A stretch of 55,708 nucleotides of DNA, filler included, from Sphacelaria rigidula (taxonomy: Eukaryota), in NCBI GenBank assembly GCA_964200075.2. It is 3 parts of 3 records of this genome, joined end to end, with 100 filler letters (N's around TTAATTAATTAA, not from the genome) between each part and the next. Parts side by side here need not be neighbours in the genome. Positions count along the whole stretch, not along the records: positions 1 to 18,504 come from CAXNAA020000847.1; positions 18,605 to 37,108 come from CAXNAA020000848.1; 1 more part is not named here. One strand, given 5' to 3'. Below are positions 10,821-23,204 of the stretch, in pieces (positions within the stretch are counted from its first letter, which is position 1; each line of letters opens with the position of its first letter). A program made the translations under genes and the position numbers. The notes below the pieces were generated by a model. That model was not told the DNA's origin, made no database searches, and was given only the letters and a program-made list of their open reading frames with translations.

Positions 10821-12886
10821 CACACATGTAACTGTGAGAAATAAAGCTTTTGTATCTATACGAAAATCATGATTAATGCTGGACAGTCTTGTATCAATGT
10901 ACGTACACTTCAACACACCGAACCTGTGTGCAGCACATTTTCCCTCAATTGGTACGTGGTCACACCGCTTTCCCTGTTCCTTCTCTCGGCGAATAGGCGT
11001 TTTGACTATGGCAATTCCGCACGCGATACAGACAATATTCAACAATCATCAGAAGGTGTCTCTTCAGAAGATAAACGCCCACACCACTAATATATGTCGT
11101 CCCAGACGCTACACCTCCTGTGAGTAGCTAAATCGCTCATCCTACTGCTGCTCACACAGTCGATCGCGTAGACTTTTCACCTGCCTGCCGCAAAGCGTTG
11201 TGGGTCACTTGGTTCACGGGTAAGTGGAGAGATTTGTGACACAACATCCAGGCCTTCTTTGTTTCATTTGGGTTGACTCTGCCAACCCATCCGGCGGTGG
11301 GCTTGTTACCAGCAGAGTTTATCAAACGACTGGACGCTATGATTGACACAAATCACCTGAACGTGATTGGCGCACACTCGGTACTGATAACCTCTCAAAG
11401 TAAACCATCCCAACCATTTTCAGACGGCATTTTTTGGGCACCTGCGTCCATACGTTGTAGTTGTTGTTTTTCAAGTCTCTTCCCGCCAGCACGCGAATCA
11501 TGTTGGCGGTTAACCGTTTTAGCGCCCGCGGCCTACTGCGAGACTTGATAGTTCCGTGGAGGATAACGATATTGTAGATGACGAAGACCTTGCAGTACGC
11601 CCGGTCGCTGAAACACATGTCACGTCTTTCATTTTTGGACCAATAGGATCGCAGCAGACCGACATCAAAGAGAGAGCGGGTTGGGTTATTTTACAGGCCG
11701 CGTCTGCCTCAGGTGCAGCAAACAGCCGCGGACGGAAGCAGGGGTTTGTAAAATGGACATGCTCACCACTGAGGTTCCATGCGTGTTGTTTGTGTGTGCG
11801 CAACGTGTGTGTGTTCATCTGCCTACATCGCTTGTTGGGGGTAGTGGGAAACAAGATTTCCGCGAACCTACGGTCCAAATCAAATTCCACCGAACCACAC
11901 CCGCACACCCCGCTTGCAGTACGTACACCCCTCAGCACATGCGCCACGCCCTTCAGCTGTTCAGCAGCGAAGGAGCGGTTTTGGTTGTGTGTTGTTGACC
12001 ACATGCATGCAGTTTCGAAGTCGTTGGCGCGATTATTGCTACGGGACTGTACTCTCTGTACTGTTTCAAATAGTGAAATACGGTGCAGCTAGCTGACCCC
12101 GGCATCCTATGCACCTGTAACTTGAGGCTGTACTGTATACTGCTGGGTTGAGCGTGACGTTAGAGTTAGTGTCGGGAACTCTGAGGCGAGAGTTGGCCAG
12201 CTTCGCCCTGCCTCGAGTAATCGCGGAATCAACCACATGTAAGAGCACAAGATGTTTTTTTTCACACCTTGCGTGGCCAGTAACCGTCAAGGGAGTAGTT
12301 GCCTAGTTGAGTAGCTAATTGATTGAAGTTGCCTATACAACTAGTTGCACAGGTTTCTCATCCGAGGTGTTCTCAAGGGCAATTAGTTGCGTCATTTCTT
12401 TATCCAGTACTTCTTGATGAAGAGTGAGTTGAACGACATGTCACTCGAGATTTAGTTTAAGGCAACCGTAAAATCAGTCGTAGCTATACAAGATGTGGCT
12501 TTTTCAACACTGGGGAATCCTAGGCCTCCAACCGACCGTTTGTCGTCTCGAACTTGCGTTCTCGTCGTCCTCTCTGTCTTTGTTTGCTTTTTCATCTTCA
12601 TCACGCGCTACCTGATACAGCCCAAGACGAAAGACGTGAGCATAGACAGTAACGTTACAGAGCACTAGTGTGCACAACCCGAAGCACTTGGTGACGTACT
12701 GGGGGGGAAGAGGGCGGAGGTGTGCACCCGGCCGTCAGTCGTCGATCCCACGACGAAACCGAAGTAACCCCACAATAAGCAGAAGCATCAGTAGCAGACA
12801 AACAACCACAATACGCGGACGACTGGAGAATAAAGATTGGCAGCAATATTTTGCCTCACCATTCCCACAACCGTGCGCGTGGAGGC

Positions 12887-13732
12887 ATGGCGGACGCTTT
12901 CCCGGATACCCCGGTTGCCGGCCCGGGAGAAAACCGCGGCCGGGGCCGACGCGCGCCCAACTTCTTCCCAACTTCGCCATGCCCAGTCGCTGCTACGAGC
13001 AGCACAAGCCACGCCAGCGGTGGCGGTTTCCGCAGTCGAAACTCGTCAGCTTCAGCGGTCTTTGCGCCTGCGCCCGACACTGCGGGAAGCTCCACCGGCG
13101 GCGGCGGCGGCCGCCACCGCCATCGCGAGGCTGCTGTGGAGGTGAGATCCGGGCGCATCGATACGCTGGGTTGGGTCTCCGCCTCGTGGGAGCCGCGCCG
13201 CGTGGTTTTACTGGCCGACGGGGTGATGTACGTAGCGCCGCTAGGGAGCAACACGGCCGGGGGAAGCAAATCGAGGCAACAGCAGCAAAAGAGGCCGCAG
13301 CACCAGCAAGTCAATGGTAATTACAACAGCAACGCCAGTAATAACAGTATCGCCAGCACCAACCAGCAACTGTGGTCGCCACTGGTCAAAAAGCTGTCCT
13401 GGCGTTCAAACGATAGAGGACCCGGCTCGGCGGCGTCGACGGGGGGCGAGGGTGGCGGGGTACCATGGGGGATGGACAAGGCGAGCGTCGGGAGCACGGG
13501 CAGCGGCGGGTTTGGCGGGGGTCACAGTGGAGGAAGCATGCACCTCAACCAGCGGCTGAAAGGAAGCGGACACCACGGCCGCGCTCGTACCCCGGTGGGG
13601 GAGCACTACTGCTCAGACGTGGATGATGGTATTCGGGCGATGTCGGAAGACGGAGGTGATGGAGACGACACTCGGTCGGTGGGCACGTCGGTCGGTAGCC
13701 ACCTCGAGTACTATCCCTCCAATGATGGCCAG
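12887..13732 (+). CDS. Hypothetical Gly/Ser/Gln-rich protein, first exon, with a possible N-terminal half of a PH domain
   Basis: GC-rich 282-codon frame from ATG 12887 to donor CAG|GTACGT. The segment RSGRIDTLGWVSASWEPRRVVLLADGVMYV resembles PH strands 1-3 (inference). Confidence 0.75.
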
Positions 13733-14764
13733 GTACGTACGTGGTACGGCGTGTTTGCTGTTGTACGTGTATGGATGCTTTGGTGTTGGATTTTGTGTGT
13801 ACAGTAAATACCAGGGTAGGAGTGCAGGATGTGTTCGACATCTTGACGTGATATTAGATGATCGCCTGCCCTGGAAAATGTTACAAGTACTTTATATACT
13901 GTCGGGGTAATCTACTCCCCCGAAGGAAGGACAAGGAGTCGTCTTCTCACATCTTTTGGTTCTGCGAGAACATGCGGCGAGATTAACAAAGAAACGCTGT
14001 GATAGGTCCACGTCATATGCGGTCTTAGATGGCTTGATGATTTTCTCGATACTTCTTCGCACGCGTCGAGAAGGCTATATACGTTGTGTTGTCATCCTAT
14101 CTATTCTAGACGGCAGTCTAGACCTTTCGGTATATGTGGGTGCACGAGCCGGGGTCATACCGGAGGAAGGCCAACACAGGAGTTTTTTTCTCTCTTCTCT
14201 TCTTTTAGTATTTCACCTCCCTTTTGCAGTGCTCGCCTTATTTTTTATCGCGAGAGGGGTTCAGTGGTCCCTTTCCCTCGTCGACCGTAATGTCGAATTT
14301 TGTGTTGTTGGGCGAAAAAAAAACAGATGATTATGACTGCGTCGAGACTCGGACCCTCGACCCAACCCCAACCGTCAGAAGGTTTCGAGGTTACCCAGTG
14401 AGCCATCGGGGTGACCGGCTAGGCTGCAGATATGAAAACTCTTAGCTTTTTCCAGCAAGAAAATGCGGCGCAAACAATCACATGGCAACGAAAAGAAAGT
14501 CCGCGTTTTGTTACATGGTTGTGATGCGCAACTGTTGGAAACTTGTGCTCTACACTTCGAGGTACACTCGGCCAACTGTAGACACCCACGTTAGATCTTT
14601 GGTACCGTTGCGGTAGCGTTAGTTTACCGCAGTGTGAGTGAGGTAATGCTTCTCAGTGCCGTTGGTGCGAGATTGGGCGACCAAGCAACATTACTACAGT
14701 ATGCGTGAAAGTTTGTTGCTTTGCTTTCTCACCGGGCCGTTAGTCAAACCATCAGTTGGACTGA

Positions 14765-14952
14765 GGCCGTGTCGTATCAAAACATTTTTTCGATCGATAA
14801 AGCGCGGCGGAAAAGAAAAAATTCGGTCTGATAGGTCTGGATAGGTCGTAGTCTATGTCCACATCATTTATTTCGAACAAGCGGCTTATCAGATCGGAAT
14901 TTTCGTTTTCCACAGCTCGTTTTCGATTGAAAAATATTTTAATGAGATGCCC
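14765..14952. mobile_element. Harbinger-type MITE, family H2
   Basis: GGCCGTGTC..ttttcgatcg / cgattgaaaaa..gagatgccc termini, with TGA directly on both sides. Confidence 0.65.
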
Positions 14953-15732
14953 TGACGACACAACGTTGCGTCGGTTCATGACCGATTGAAGCGAATCTAC
15001 TTAGGCAACCAACCAGCTGATTTAAAGCTACGCTGCGGGTCATCCAGCGTTGTGTCGCGCTCCTTGTATGTGTCTCGTGGTGGACGAGTAAATCATTTTG
15101 AGGTGAGGGGTCCTATTCGCCGTGATTTGTATCGTCCATCTCAGTTTCTTGCTGCGCTTTGTGAAGTTTACCTGTACCCGAAACAAGAGACAACGAGCAG
15201 CATCAGTTACACCGTATTTTTTTGCTACGTGTAGCCGTTTTTTTTTTTTTATGTGACACAGCCTGTAGAGGAGTAAATCGGCTACCAAATGGAGCCCAGG
15301 ACGAAGCTTGACGTTTCCAACCCGCCTCGATAAACATGGTGAGGAGAAGCTAGAGTTGGATTGCGTAACATGCCGCATGTTGCTATACTCGTAGCCCCTT
15401 GTGTTGGTGACACCGCTGTTATATGTAGCTGACCAGAGTTGAAGACATCTAGTAGCTGATCGGCGAGAGACGAGAAAGAGAGAAGTTATCTTGGTCACAC
15501 TAATAGTAACGGTTGCGTCAAGGATAAGAGTGATACAAACAGTGCTGTCCAGTACTTGTACTGTACAGCACTGCAATGAACACAACGAGATACGTCATAT
15601 AGTAAAAGATCTAAAATATGTATCCTCCACGTATCACACCAAGGAAAATTCCCAGAACGTATCTTACGTGTAGTCAACCACTTCACTTCAGTAACGCGTA
15701 ATCTTTTCGAAGGGGACTAGCGGCTTGATTAT

Positions 15733-16026
15733 CAAATGATCGGAAACACTGGTCGGTACTATAAATGAGGTGCCGCCAACCCTAGCGCTAATCCTAACCG
15801 TCACCCCGACCTAGGCATACGAAAACCCTCGGACACGGGGGGGTGCAGAGGGTGTCCTTGGCAAAGTGTGTGTTGACAGACCTCAAATCGGCGCCTGTTG
15901 TGCCTCTTTTCGACAAAGACGTGTTCTGGGCGAGCTAGGAGCACTTGGGACTGTCAGCCCTTCTGAAGATCCGAATATCGGTGTTCACACTAAAATCAAG
16001 TTATAACCATTGTTTCCGACCATTTG
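15733..16026 (+). mobile_element. Element with subterminal inverted repeats and telomere-like repeats, copy A
   Basis: Inverted caaatgatcggaaacactggt / accattgtttccgaccatttg. Contains aaccctagcgctaatcctaacc. Body is the reverse complement of 16051-16295 and 35037-35452. Confidence 0.7.
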
Positions 16027-16050
16027 CTCATCTCCGTGGGGGGATTTTCC

Positions 16051-16295
16051 CAGTAGACCCAGGATGACTACTTGCTTTTAGACTGGAGAAATTTCTGAGA
16101 AAATCTATGGTTTGAGGCAGGTGAGCAGTGGACCCAGCTCGTCCAGAACGTGTTTTTGTCGAAGTGGGCGCCTGCGGCGTCGATTTGAGGTCTGCGAACG
16201 CACACTTTGCCTCGGGGAACGTACGCATCGCCCTTTCCCGAGGATCTCGTACGCCTTGGGTCGGGGTTACTGTTAGTGTTAATTTGTTCGAAAAA
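16051..16295 (-). mobile_element. Same family, copy B (opposite orientation, adjacent to A)
   Basis: caggtgagcagt..gctc.tccagaacgtgtttt..gcgtcgatttgag.tctgc..cgtacgccttgggtcggggt is shared with 35037-35452. Confidence 0.7.
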
Positions 16296-16656
16296 ATCAT
16301 CGATATATGTTCGCCCAAAGCTACAGGTCGCCTCGATTTTCCCGTTTTTCCAAATCCCCTTTGAAAAGGGAAATGCCCCCACAAAAACCAGCTTTGAGTC
16401 TTATCGACAGCAGTTGTGTACAGATCGAAGCCCAGATCCCCACGCAGTTTCAGAAATTCGGCGGTTCTGGAAGTAGTCGCTAGTCCAACAGTTCTGCATC
16501 GTACAGACAGGACGCAACGAGGCAGCGAAACACCTGCACACCCAGTCCCGATAAAACACGCGCAGATACCTACCACTCACGCGCATTCGTGCCAGCGGTG
16601 GCCTTTCCTAATCTACACAAGCCAGTCTTCGTTTGTCGGAAATCCGTTCTGTATGC

Positions 16657-16968
16657 CGCCGCGCCCCGGTCGTGTAATGGTCCGACTGTCGCCATTAGGG
16701 TGGAGACAACGGGGGTTCGATTCCCGATGCGTTGGGTTTTTTCTTCGTAAGGTATGATTTCCATCGTGGAAAGCGTGAGAACGTTAGTAAACAAACTAGT
16801 CGACTGGGTTTGTATGGCTTGAGTTGACGCGGTGCGGGAATGCTGTTCCAACCCGCGAGATCAAATGAAAGGCGCGTATCGGAGGAGAGATGGGTTGATC
16901 CCTTGTGACCACAGATTCATCCTGAAGAAGGGGAGGGGTTCAAAGTGAGGAGAAAAAAAGAAAAAAAA
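16657..16968 (+). mobile_element. tRNA-headed (SINE-like) repeat, copy 2, ending A-rich
   Basis: gcgccccggtcgtgtaatggtccgactgtcgccattagggtggagacaacgggggttcgattccc, then a body shared with copy 1 (gatttccatc..gaaagcgtg..cggtgcgggaatgctg..ccgcgaga..ttgatccct..gaccac). Confidence 0.75.
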
Positions 16969-17892
16969 TGGACGAATGGCGGCCGCGTGGGTGTCAAATT
17001 ACAATCGAAAGCGTGTCGCTGCTGACCGTTTGTGTGCATGTGCTGTGCGCGCGTCTCACACAAATCATCGTTTCTCGATGAATTCTGAACAGATTTGAGA
17101 TTTGAGCACGGTGAGGCATAAGGTGTCCAGATGATGGGCAGGTACGACTTGAGCTGTGTGTTTTTGGTTTGCGGGGGCACCATGTTACTTCGCATTAGCT
17201 CTGATTGTGTTTGGTTGTGTGGCAAGCCTTCGCATGTGCCATGTCAACGGGACATGATTGTTCCCCTTCGAGGTGGCCCGTAATCTCCTTCTGAAAAGAG
17301 GATTCTTGGGTATGTTTTGTGGGGGGTGGTATGGCACCGACTAAACAGCGGTCGTTTTCGAATAACGAGATTTTTTTCAAGGAGGGGAATCCCCTTCGAT
17401 GAGAACCGGCCTAACGTCCTCCAAAGTCATACAACAACGGTCCGAATATCTGTTGCACATGCCACTACAACCATGAATATTCCGACCCCCACATATGAGC
17501 AACTTACGGTCACGCCATGCAGAGATGTATAGTACTTACTGTCTGTATGACCACCCTGTTCCTCGCGAGCGAATATCATAGGTTCTCTCCCTACAACAGT
17601 GTACTCTAGTACGCTTCCGATGCTTTCCTCCTAGGGTGCGGTCTGCCTCAGATCGGTCTTAGACCGACCATCGAATACACGTGTGGAAAACAGCTGCTTC
17701 TGGAAGAACAACATTTTCACGTGGATTAGAGTTGTGAGCAACGAGGGTACACCGTATGTCGTCATCGGGGGTTATCCCTCACGGACCAGTAGAGTTTACG
17801 CGGGTTGGCGCCAACTTCCACGATTAATTCAATACTCGGTTCACTGTGGACCATCATTTTCGGATCTTTTTGGAGGGCGGGGGGTGGGGGGA

Positions 17893-18680
17893 GAGGTGTA
17901 CTCATGATTTTGCTTGCCGCAGTCTGAGAGCATTGACGTCATATTCCTGCAAAGCCGGGACGGAGCACGGCGGCTTTTCGCCGGAGGGGACGGGAGGTGT
18001 ACTCGTGATATTGCATCTCGTTGTCATATGACCATTGATCTCGTTTTCCCACGAAGCCGGGACGGAACACGCCGGGTTTTCGCTGTACCAGGCGCGCAGT
18101 CACCAAGCGCGAAGCGCCGTGATGTGTCCGGGGGGTCGCGTGAAGGGTGAGCTGCGTCCTGCTAAGATTGTTCGGCCCGAAGCATTTTGATCGTCTTGCA
18201 TGCGGATAGTCTCGAATAAGTTACTTCAGTTTTTGGTATCTCCACTTCTAGAGATAGCCACGGGTTACACACTGCCTCATGGGTGTCTCACCGGAGGAGG
18301 TTAGTCATGATCTTGCATACCGTAGTTACCAAACCATTGACCTCGTATCCCCACAGAGCTGGGACGTAGCACGTCGGCTTCTTGCCGGACTAGGATGCCG
18401 TGAGAGGGGGAGGGGGGGGGGGGGGGGCGGGTCCTTTTGTTCCTACTCGTGGTGTGTTGGGGGGGGGGGGGGGGGGGGGGGGAAGGGCCAAAAAAAGCCA
18501 GAAANNNNNNNNNNNNNNNNNNNNNNNNNNNNNNNNNNNNNNNNNNNNTTAATTAATTAANNNNNNNNNNNNNNNNNNNNNNNNNNNNNNNNNNNNNNNN
18601 NNNNGTCCCGGCTTTGTAGGAATGCGAGGTCAATGGTCTGATGACTATGGCGTGCATGATCATGAGTACGCCCCCCCCTC
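17893..18680. repeat. Cluster of ~100-bp G-headed repeat units (three on +, one on - after the gap)
   Basis: Units ggaggtgtactc.tgat.ttgc..cattga..tc.t.t.cc..c.aagccgggacg start near 17893, 17993 and 18296. Reverse copies at 18605-18680 and 32160-32365. Confidence 0.75.
18505..18604. other. Assembly gap with artificial linker
   Basis: 44 N + TTAATTAATTAA + 44 N. Confidence 0.98.
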
Positions 18681-19711
18681 ATATCTCAGAGTCAGTCCAC
18701 AGTCAACTTTCTGGAGTACGGCATATACACGTAAGTTTATTCCGGGATGAAGTTACCCCTGTCTTTTTTGTTCAGCATTTTTTTTCATCACCTGAAATTT
18801 TCATGCAGGCGTCCGGAACGGTACTTTGAAGATTTTCGCTGAACCCCGTAACTGACTGAAGTGTCAAATTTCGAGCTGTTCGACATAATGACCAACTAAC
18901 TAGCCTTTGGTTTATCAGTACGCCTCCTGCTTATTTTCTGTTCGCAATATGGGTCGAATTTACGTACGGAAACCCTCACAACTATACCCGAGATTTACAC
19001 GAAAGTCATGGTGTTGTCCGTGGAGTGAACCAACTCCCACAGCTCGAGAGAATATACAATCAAGTTTCTGGAGGGTGGGCATATATACGACAAAATTGTC
19101 CCGATATTGAGATTTTGTGCGTTTTATCGGTTCGGCCCCAGGTTGGTGCTCGCGCTTCGACCTGAAATATTACACACATGTCCGCGGGGATGATAACTAC
19201 TGAACCCCCTCAATTGAACGGGGCCGCTAATCTCAAGGTATCCCAGAGGTTTCGCACCACTTGGAGTTGGAGCGAATGAACGTCCAGCAAATGGCATTTA
19301 CTTTCCTGTTGCCCGTCCGGATAGTAGCGTGAAATATCAAGCCAACGCTCGAATTCAACCCGGGGAGAAGATGCGAAGAACGTTTGTGGTGCTCCTTGGT
19401 CGAACCAGCTTGTAAGGTTCGTTTCAATGTAAGGACGCTGTATCACTCACCGATTCCTACGATTGAGTCTAGCTTTACCGCCAGGTTTGAGTTCACTACT
19501 TTGTCCACCGTACCCTCCCCTGAGGCTCCCACCATCACTCGAGAGCAGCACAAGCTAGGTGCCCTTTGCAATCCTCTTGAACTGCAAGCCAGGTCAAGAG
19601 GATGTATTGCACGAGCGCGCGATTCTTTCAGTTTAGTATGTATTCGTACAAACGTCTGTAATGTGTGCCAACGATTGACAAGGACGCCTCTTGCCTTCCC
19701 CTCCCTCGCAG

Positions 19712-20672
19712 GTACGTGGCGGCAGCCGCGATCGAGACCGCCCTCGAGCGAGTCGAGCGCCTGTATGCCGCCACGGGTGGGGGTGATCCGGCCAAACTTG
19801 CCCTCGCCGCGGGTTTTCACATGGATGCCTCCGGGCGTGTCAGTTCGCTACCTCCGACCACTCGCCAAAAGGCTCCAAACAAAGGAACGGGCGCCGAACG
19901 CCGGAATCAGCAGAACTTCGATCGCTTTGCGCAGGGACAGCAGGCACAGCCTGGAGATGCGAGAAATAGAAATTGGGTTGAAGGGAGAGGGGGTGAACGT
20001 GGAGACGGGCGAGGTGCAGGAGATGAAAGGGGGGCTGGCGGCGACAGATCGCAAACGACGGCGAGATCGGCCGATGCGGATCTGCGGCGAGAATATCGTG
20101 CTGGCGGTGCAGCAGCGGAAGGGAGCGGGAGAATATCCGTTGCGTTGTCGGGTTACGCAAGCAATGGTGATGATAGCGTTGGTGGCGCTTGCGGGTTTGA
20201 CGTGTCGCCACCCCGCTCACGGCAGACGCTGGCTGCACCAGAGCCTGTGTTTACAGATCGCTTCTCGGAAGATGATGCCGTCTACGCCGAGTATAGTAGA
20301 GCGACGGCGACCTTCGCTGTGCCCTTGCGGCTGGCGCAGGAGTGGCGGCCCCGTAACAAACAACATAAAGGGTATGGGGAATCAGGCGGGTTAGGGGATG
20401 TAGGTGCAATGGGGATCACGAGTCGGGGAATGGCCGCCGAGGTTAAGCCTCCGACGGTTGTGTTTGGCAACGAGTGGGGGCGGCAGCGGCAGTGGCGGCG
20501 GACGGACTACAACGAGAACGACCTGGATGTCTTCATGTCGTCGTGCTACTTCAAGCCGCCAATCAATGGTACGAGATCTGTGAGGAGGAGTGATGAAGAT
20601 GAAGCCGGTGGGGCGGACTTCGAGGAAATGGATCTTATCCGGCGAATCAGGAGCTTCAGGGAGAGGCGCTGA
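19712..20672 (+). CDS. Terminal exon of a low-complexity protein, probably the same gene as 12887-13732
   Basis: Pyrimidine tract and acceptor cttcccctccctcgcag|G TAC, then an open GC-rich frame to TGA 20672. It starts in phase 2 while exon 1 ends in phase 0, so an unseen internal exon is needed, possibly in the gap. Confidence 0.7.
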
Positions 20673-22914
20673 CGAGAGCAAGGGAGGCAGAGTCGAGATC
20701 AGGCACTCTCCCCCAGAGAAGGGGAGGAGGTCCTTCGTAAAGGTGTGCCAGTCGGCATTTACCGTTTGAACAGTGTCGCTTTTCGTTGATGCTGTGCCTT
20801 TTTTTGCATTCGCTGTCGAGGAATTTTCTGATGCGGTCGTGAAAGGTGGGGGCAAGTGACTGTGGGCGGTATGAAATAGTTCAGTGTTGGCAGTAATGTT
20901 TTGTTTAGTGGAAGTTATCAATTTGTCATGGGGTTGAAATAGGTTGATGGGCATATTGTTGTCTCTGCAAAACGATATGCGAGCGTTGAGAGATTCCGCG
21001 CTCCGACGTATGGAAGTCTTGAAATAATTTTGTTCCGCGTTTGCCAGGCCCGATACGGCCGGTGGCGCTTCATTTACGGCGTAATTCCGCGTGATAAAGG
21101 GTCTCGGGCGATAGAGAAAGTTTTTTTTTTTCTACGCTGCGAAATGCAGTACGCTTGTCGACTAGAGAAATTGTCATCACAGTAGGCATTGTGAAGCTAT
21201 CATGTGTAAGTGAAAATGGTGCATACTTATATCATTAGACGTAACTCTGTCCGAACCGTCAACTGCGATCATTGGTTAGATGCGTTGCCCTGCGGTCGTT
21301 CTCTTGAGAGTGATGGGAGGCACCTTGAAGCTCATACTGTGCTATGTCGAGCAGAGTTCTGGGCACGTCGAGGTTGGGCAATACTTGGTGTTGACGTGAA
21401 CCAACGTCCTCAGCTACGCGTTTTTGCAAACTTCACCCATGGCCGTACATGCACCCCCCCCTTGCCAGAGGGCTCTCAGTCTGCCTTGGCTTCAGGTTTG
21501 GGTCAGGGGTAGCCTTGGAGGATGACAAAAACAAAGGGTTTTCAACCATGGGTTTGCGCGTCCGGGTTGGGGAGAACCCCCCCTCCTTTTCTCGGGCATG
21601 CCGGGGCGATCTTTTGTGGTATTGAGTTCCTTTCGTAACGTTCGTCACGTGTGCGTGTTACATATTTTTGTGTCTCCAGTAAAAATGTTGTAGGAGGGAA
21701 GTCGGCGTGGACGGGTGGGCTTCATGTGTTTTGGGGCGGGTGTGCAGTACTACTCCCTTGTGGCCTCTTGAACATCGTGTTGGTTATGCCTTCGGATCTA
21801 CCGTAGTTTTGTCTCGAGTCTCCGAAAAAGGCGCGCTTCATTTTCGAGTTGTTTGTGGTAGTTGTCGACGGACGGTTATTTTCATCCAACCATGGGTATT
21901 ATGTGCATGTCGGACAAAAAATCATGATCGAGATTTTTTTTTCGCCCCCCTGGAGTTCTCATGGTGTTTGTCCACTGATCGTTACCTGTCGTCTCATGTA
22001 CCAAGTAGGAGCCTGAAAATGTGGGCTATTGAAATGCAACCCGCGGCAAACGAGTAAGATTGGGTAGTGAGTAGCGAGTAGTATGGACCTGTTGATACAT
22101 AGGTGCTAGTCTCCTCTCTCTCCAAATTTCTGCTGCACCGAACATCTGCCAACCGTGTGTCGTACACATGGTACTGCTACACTGTACGCCAAAAATGCTG
22201 CCTCGGTGTTCGATGGTATGATATGGGGTGCATTGCAGAGCGTATTCGCTAGGGTGGTGCTTACGGCGGTGACTTTCTTTTGTGCGCAGCTCTCTTGACT
22301 TGTGTTGAGAATGACAATCTGATTCAGGAATCAGTCAAGGATGTTATTATATGGATCCGCCTGTTCTATTGCTGCAGAATATCAGTCAACGAACAGAGTT
22401 ATAGTGTAGTCTTAACACAGTTGCCACACTCATACTGGATGGCATGTATTCCCCAACAAGGTAAATGCTCGTCACGAGGAGGCATCTCGGGGTGGATTTT
22501 CCGCGACTTGTTGCCACCGGATTGAAATACTGATAAGAGGCTAAGCTGAGCAGCACTCTGAACTTGGTAAGTCCTCGCGCTGGCGCGCGAAATTTGTCGA
22601 ATATGACCTGCCTACATGCGTGAAGCGTACGAATGACGGTCGTACGTAACAACGGTCATCGGCGGAACTCTACAATATTACTACGAGTATACATTCTGAA
22701 ACGCTTGGGAAGCTGCTGGAATATTTGCCCCACCATCAAAGGATTATAATCCACTCAGAGGCCAGACCCGACGTCACAAACGTCACAAATCACATTTCAA
22801 ACGGGTCGACCTTATATCCATCTGTCGACCAAAGTATATGCGAAAGGAAACGTTATAGTTGAACAAAATAACATGTGCCAGGATTGGGGACCGCAGAATA
22901 CACCCTCCTATTCA

Positions 22915-23002
22915 TAGAGGTATCTCAACTTCAGATCCCCAATATATTTCAATGTAAACTGCTGTGAAATATCCGGGAAACCTCGAGTTTGAGATAACTC
23001 TA
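22915..23002. mobile_element. Very short TIR element
   Basis: tagaggtatctcaac ... gtttgagataactcta inverted ends. Confidence 0.5.
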
Positions 23003-23106
23003 CTTCATATACATGTGCCACTGTCTGTGTAGTCGCGGTGGTATTCGCGTGAGATTTTTAGACCCCGAAGGCGTCAAGCTTATTCAGGGGGGTTTTCTGG
23101 CTTAAA

Positions 23107-23204
23107 CCCTTAGGCCACGAGATTAGTTTTTCTGGATCATGCATACTTTTTTTCACTTGAAATTAATGCCGATTCAACAGAAGATAAACCTCGCGGTCTA
23201 AGGG
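23107..23204. mobile_element. piggyBac-like mini-MITE (98 bp)
   Basis: TIR CCCTTAGGCCACGAG / CTCGCGGTCTAAGGG. Right flank is TTAA, left flank ttaaa. A second degenerate copy at ~32745-32842 also ends aggg-TTAA. Confidence 0.6.

Noticed and set aside
16661-16735. Functional tRNA gene
   Set aside because: A and B boxes are present, but acceptor and anticodon stems do not pair convincingly, and it is part of a longer repeat.
18549-18560. TTAATTAATTAA inside N runs (also 37153-37164)
   Set aside because: Identical 44N-linker-44N layout twice; a scaffolding artefact with stops in all frames, not biology.
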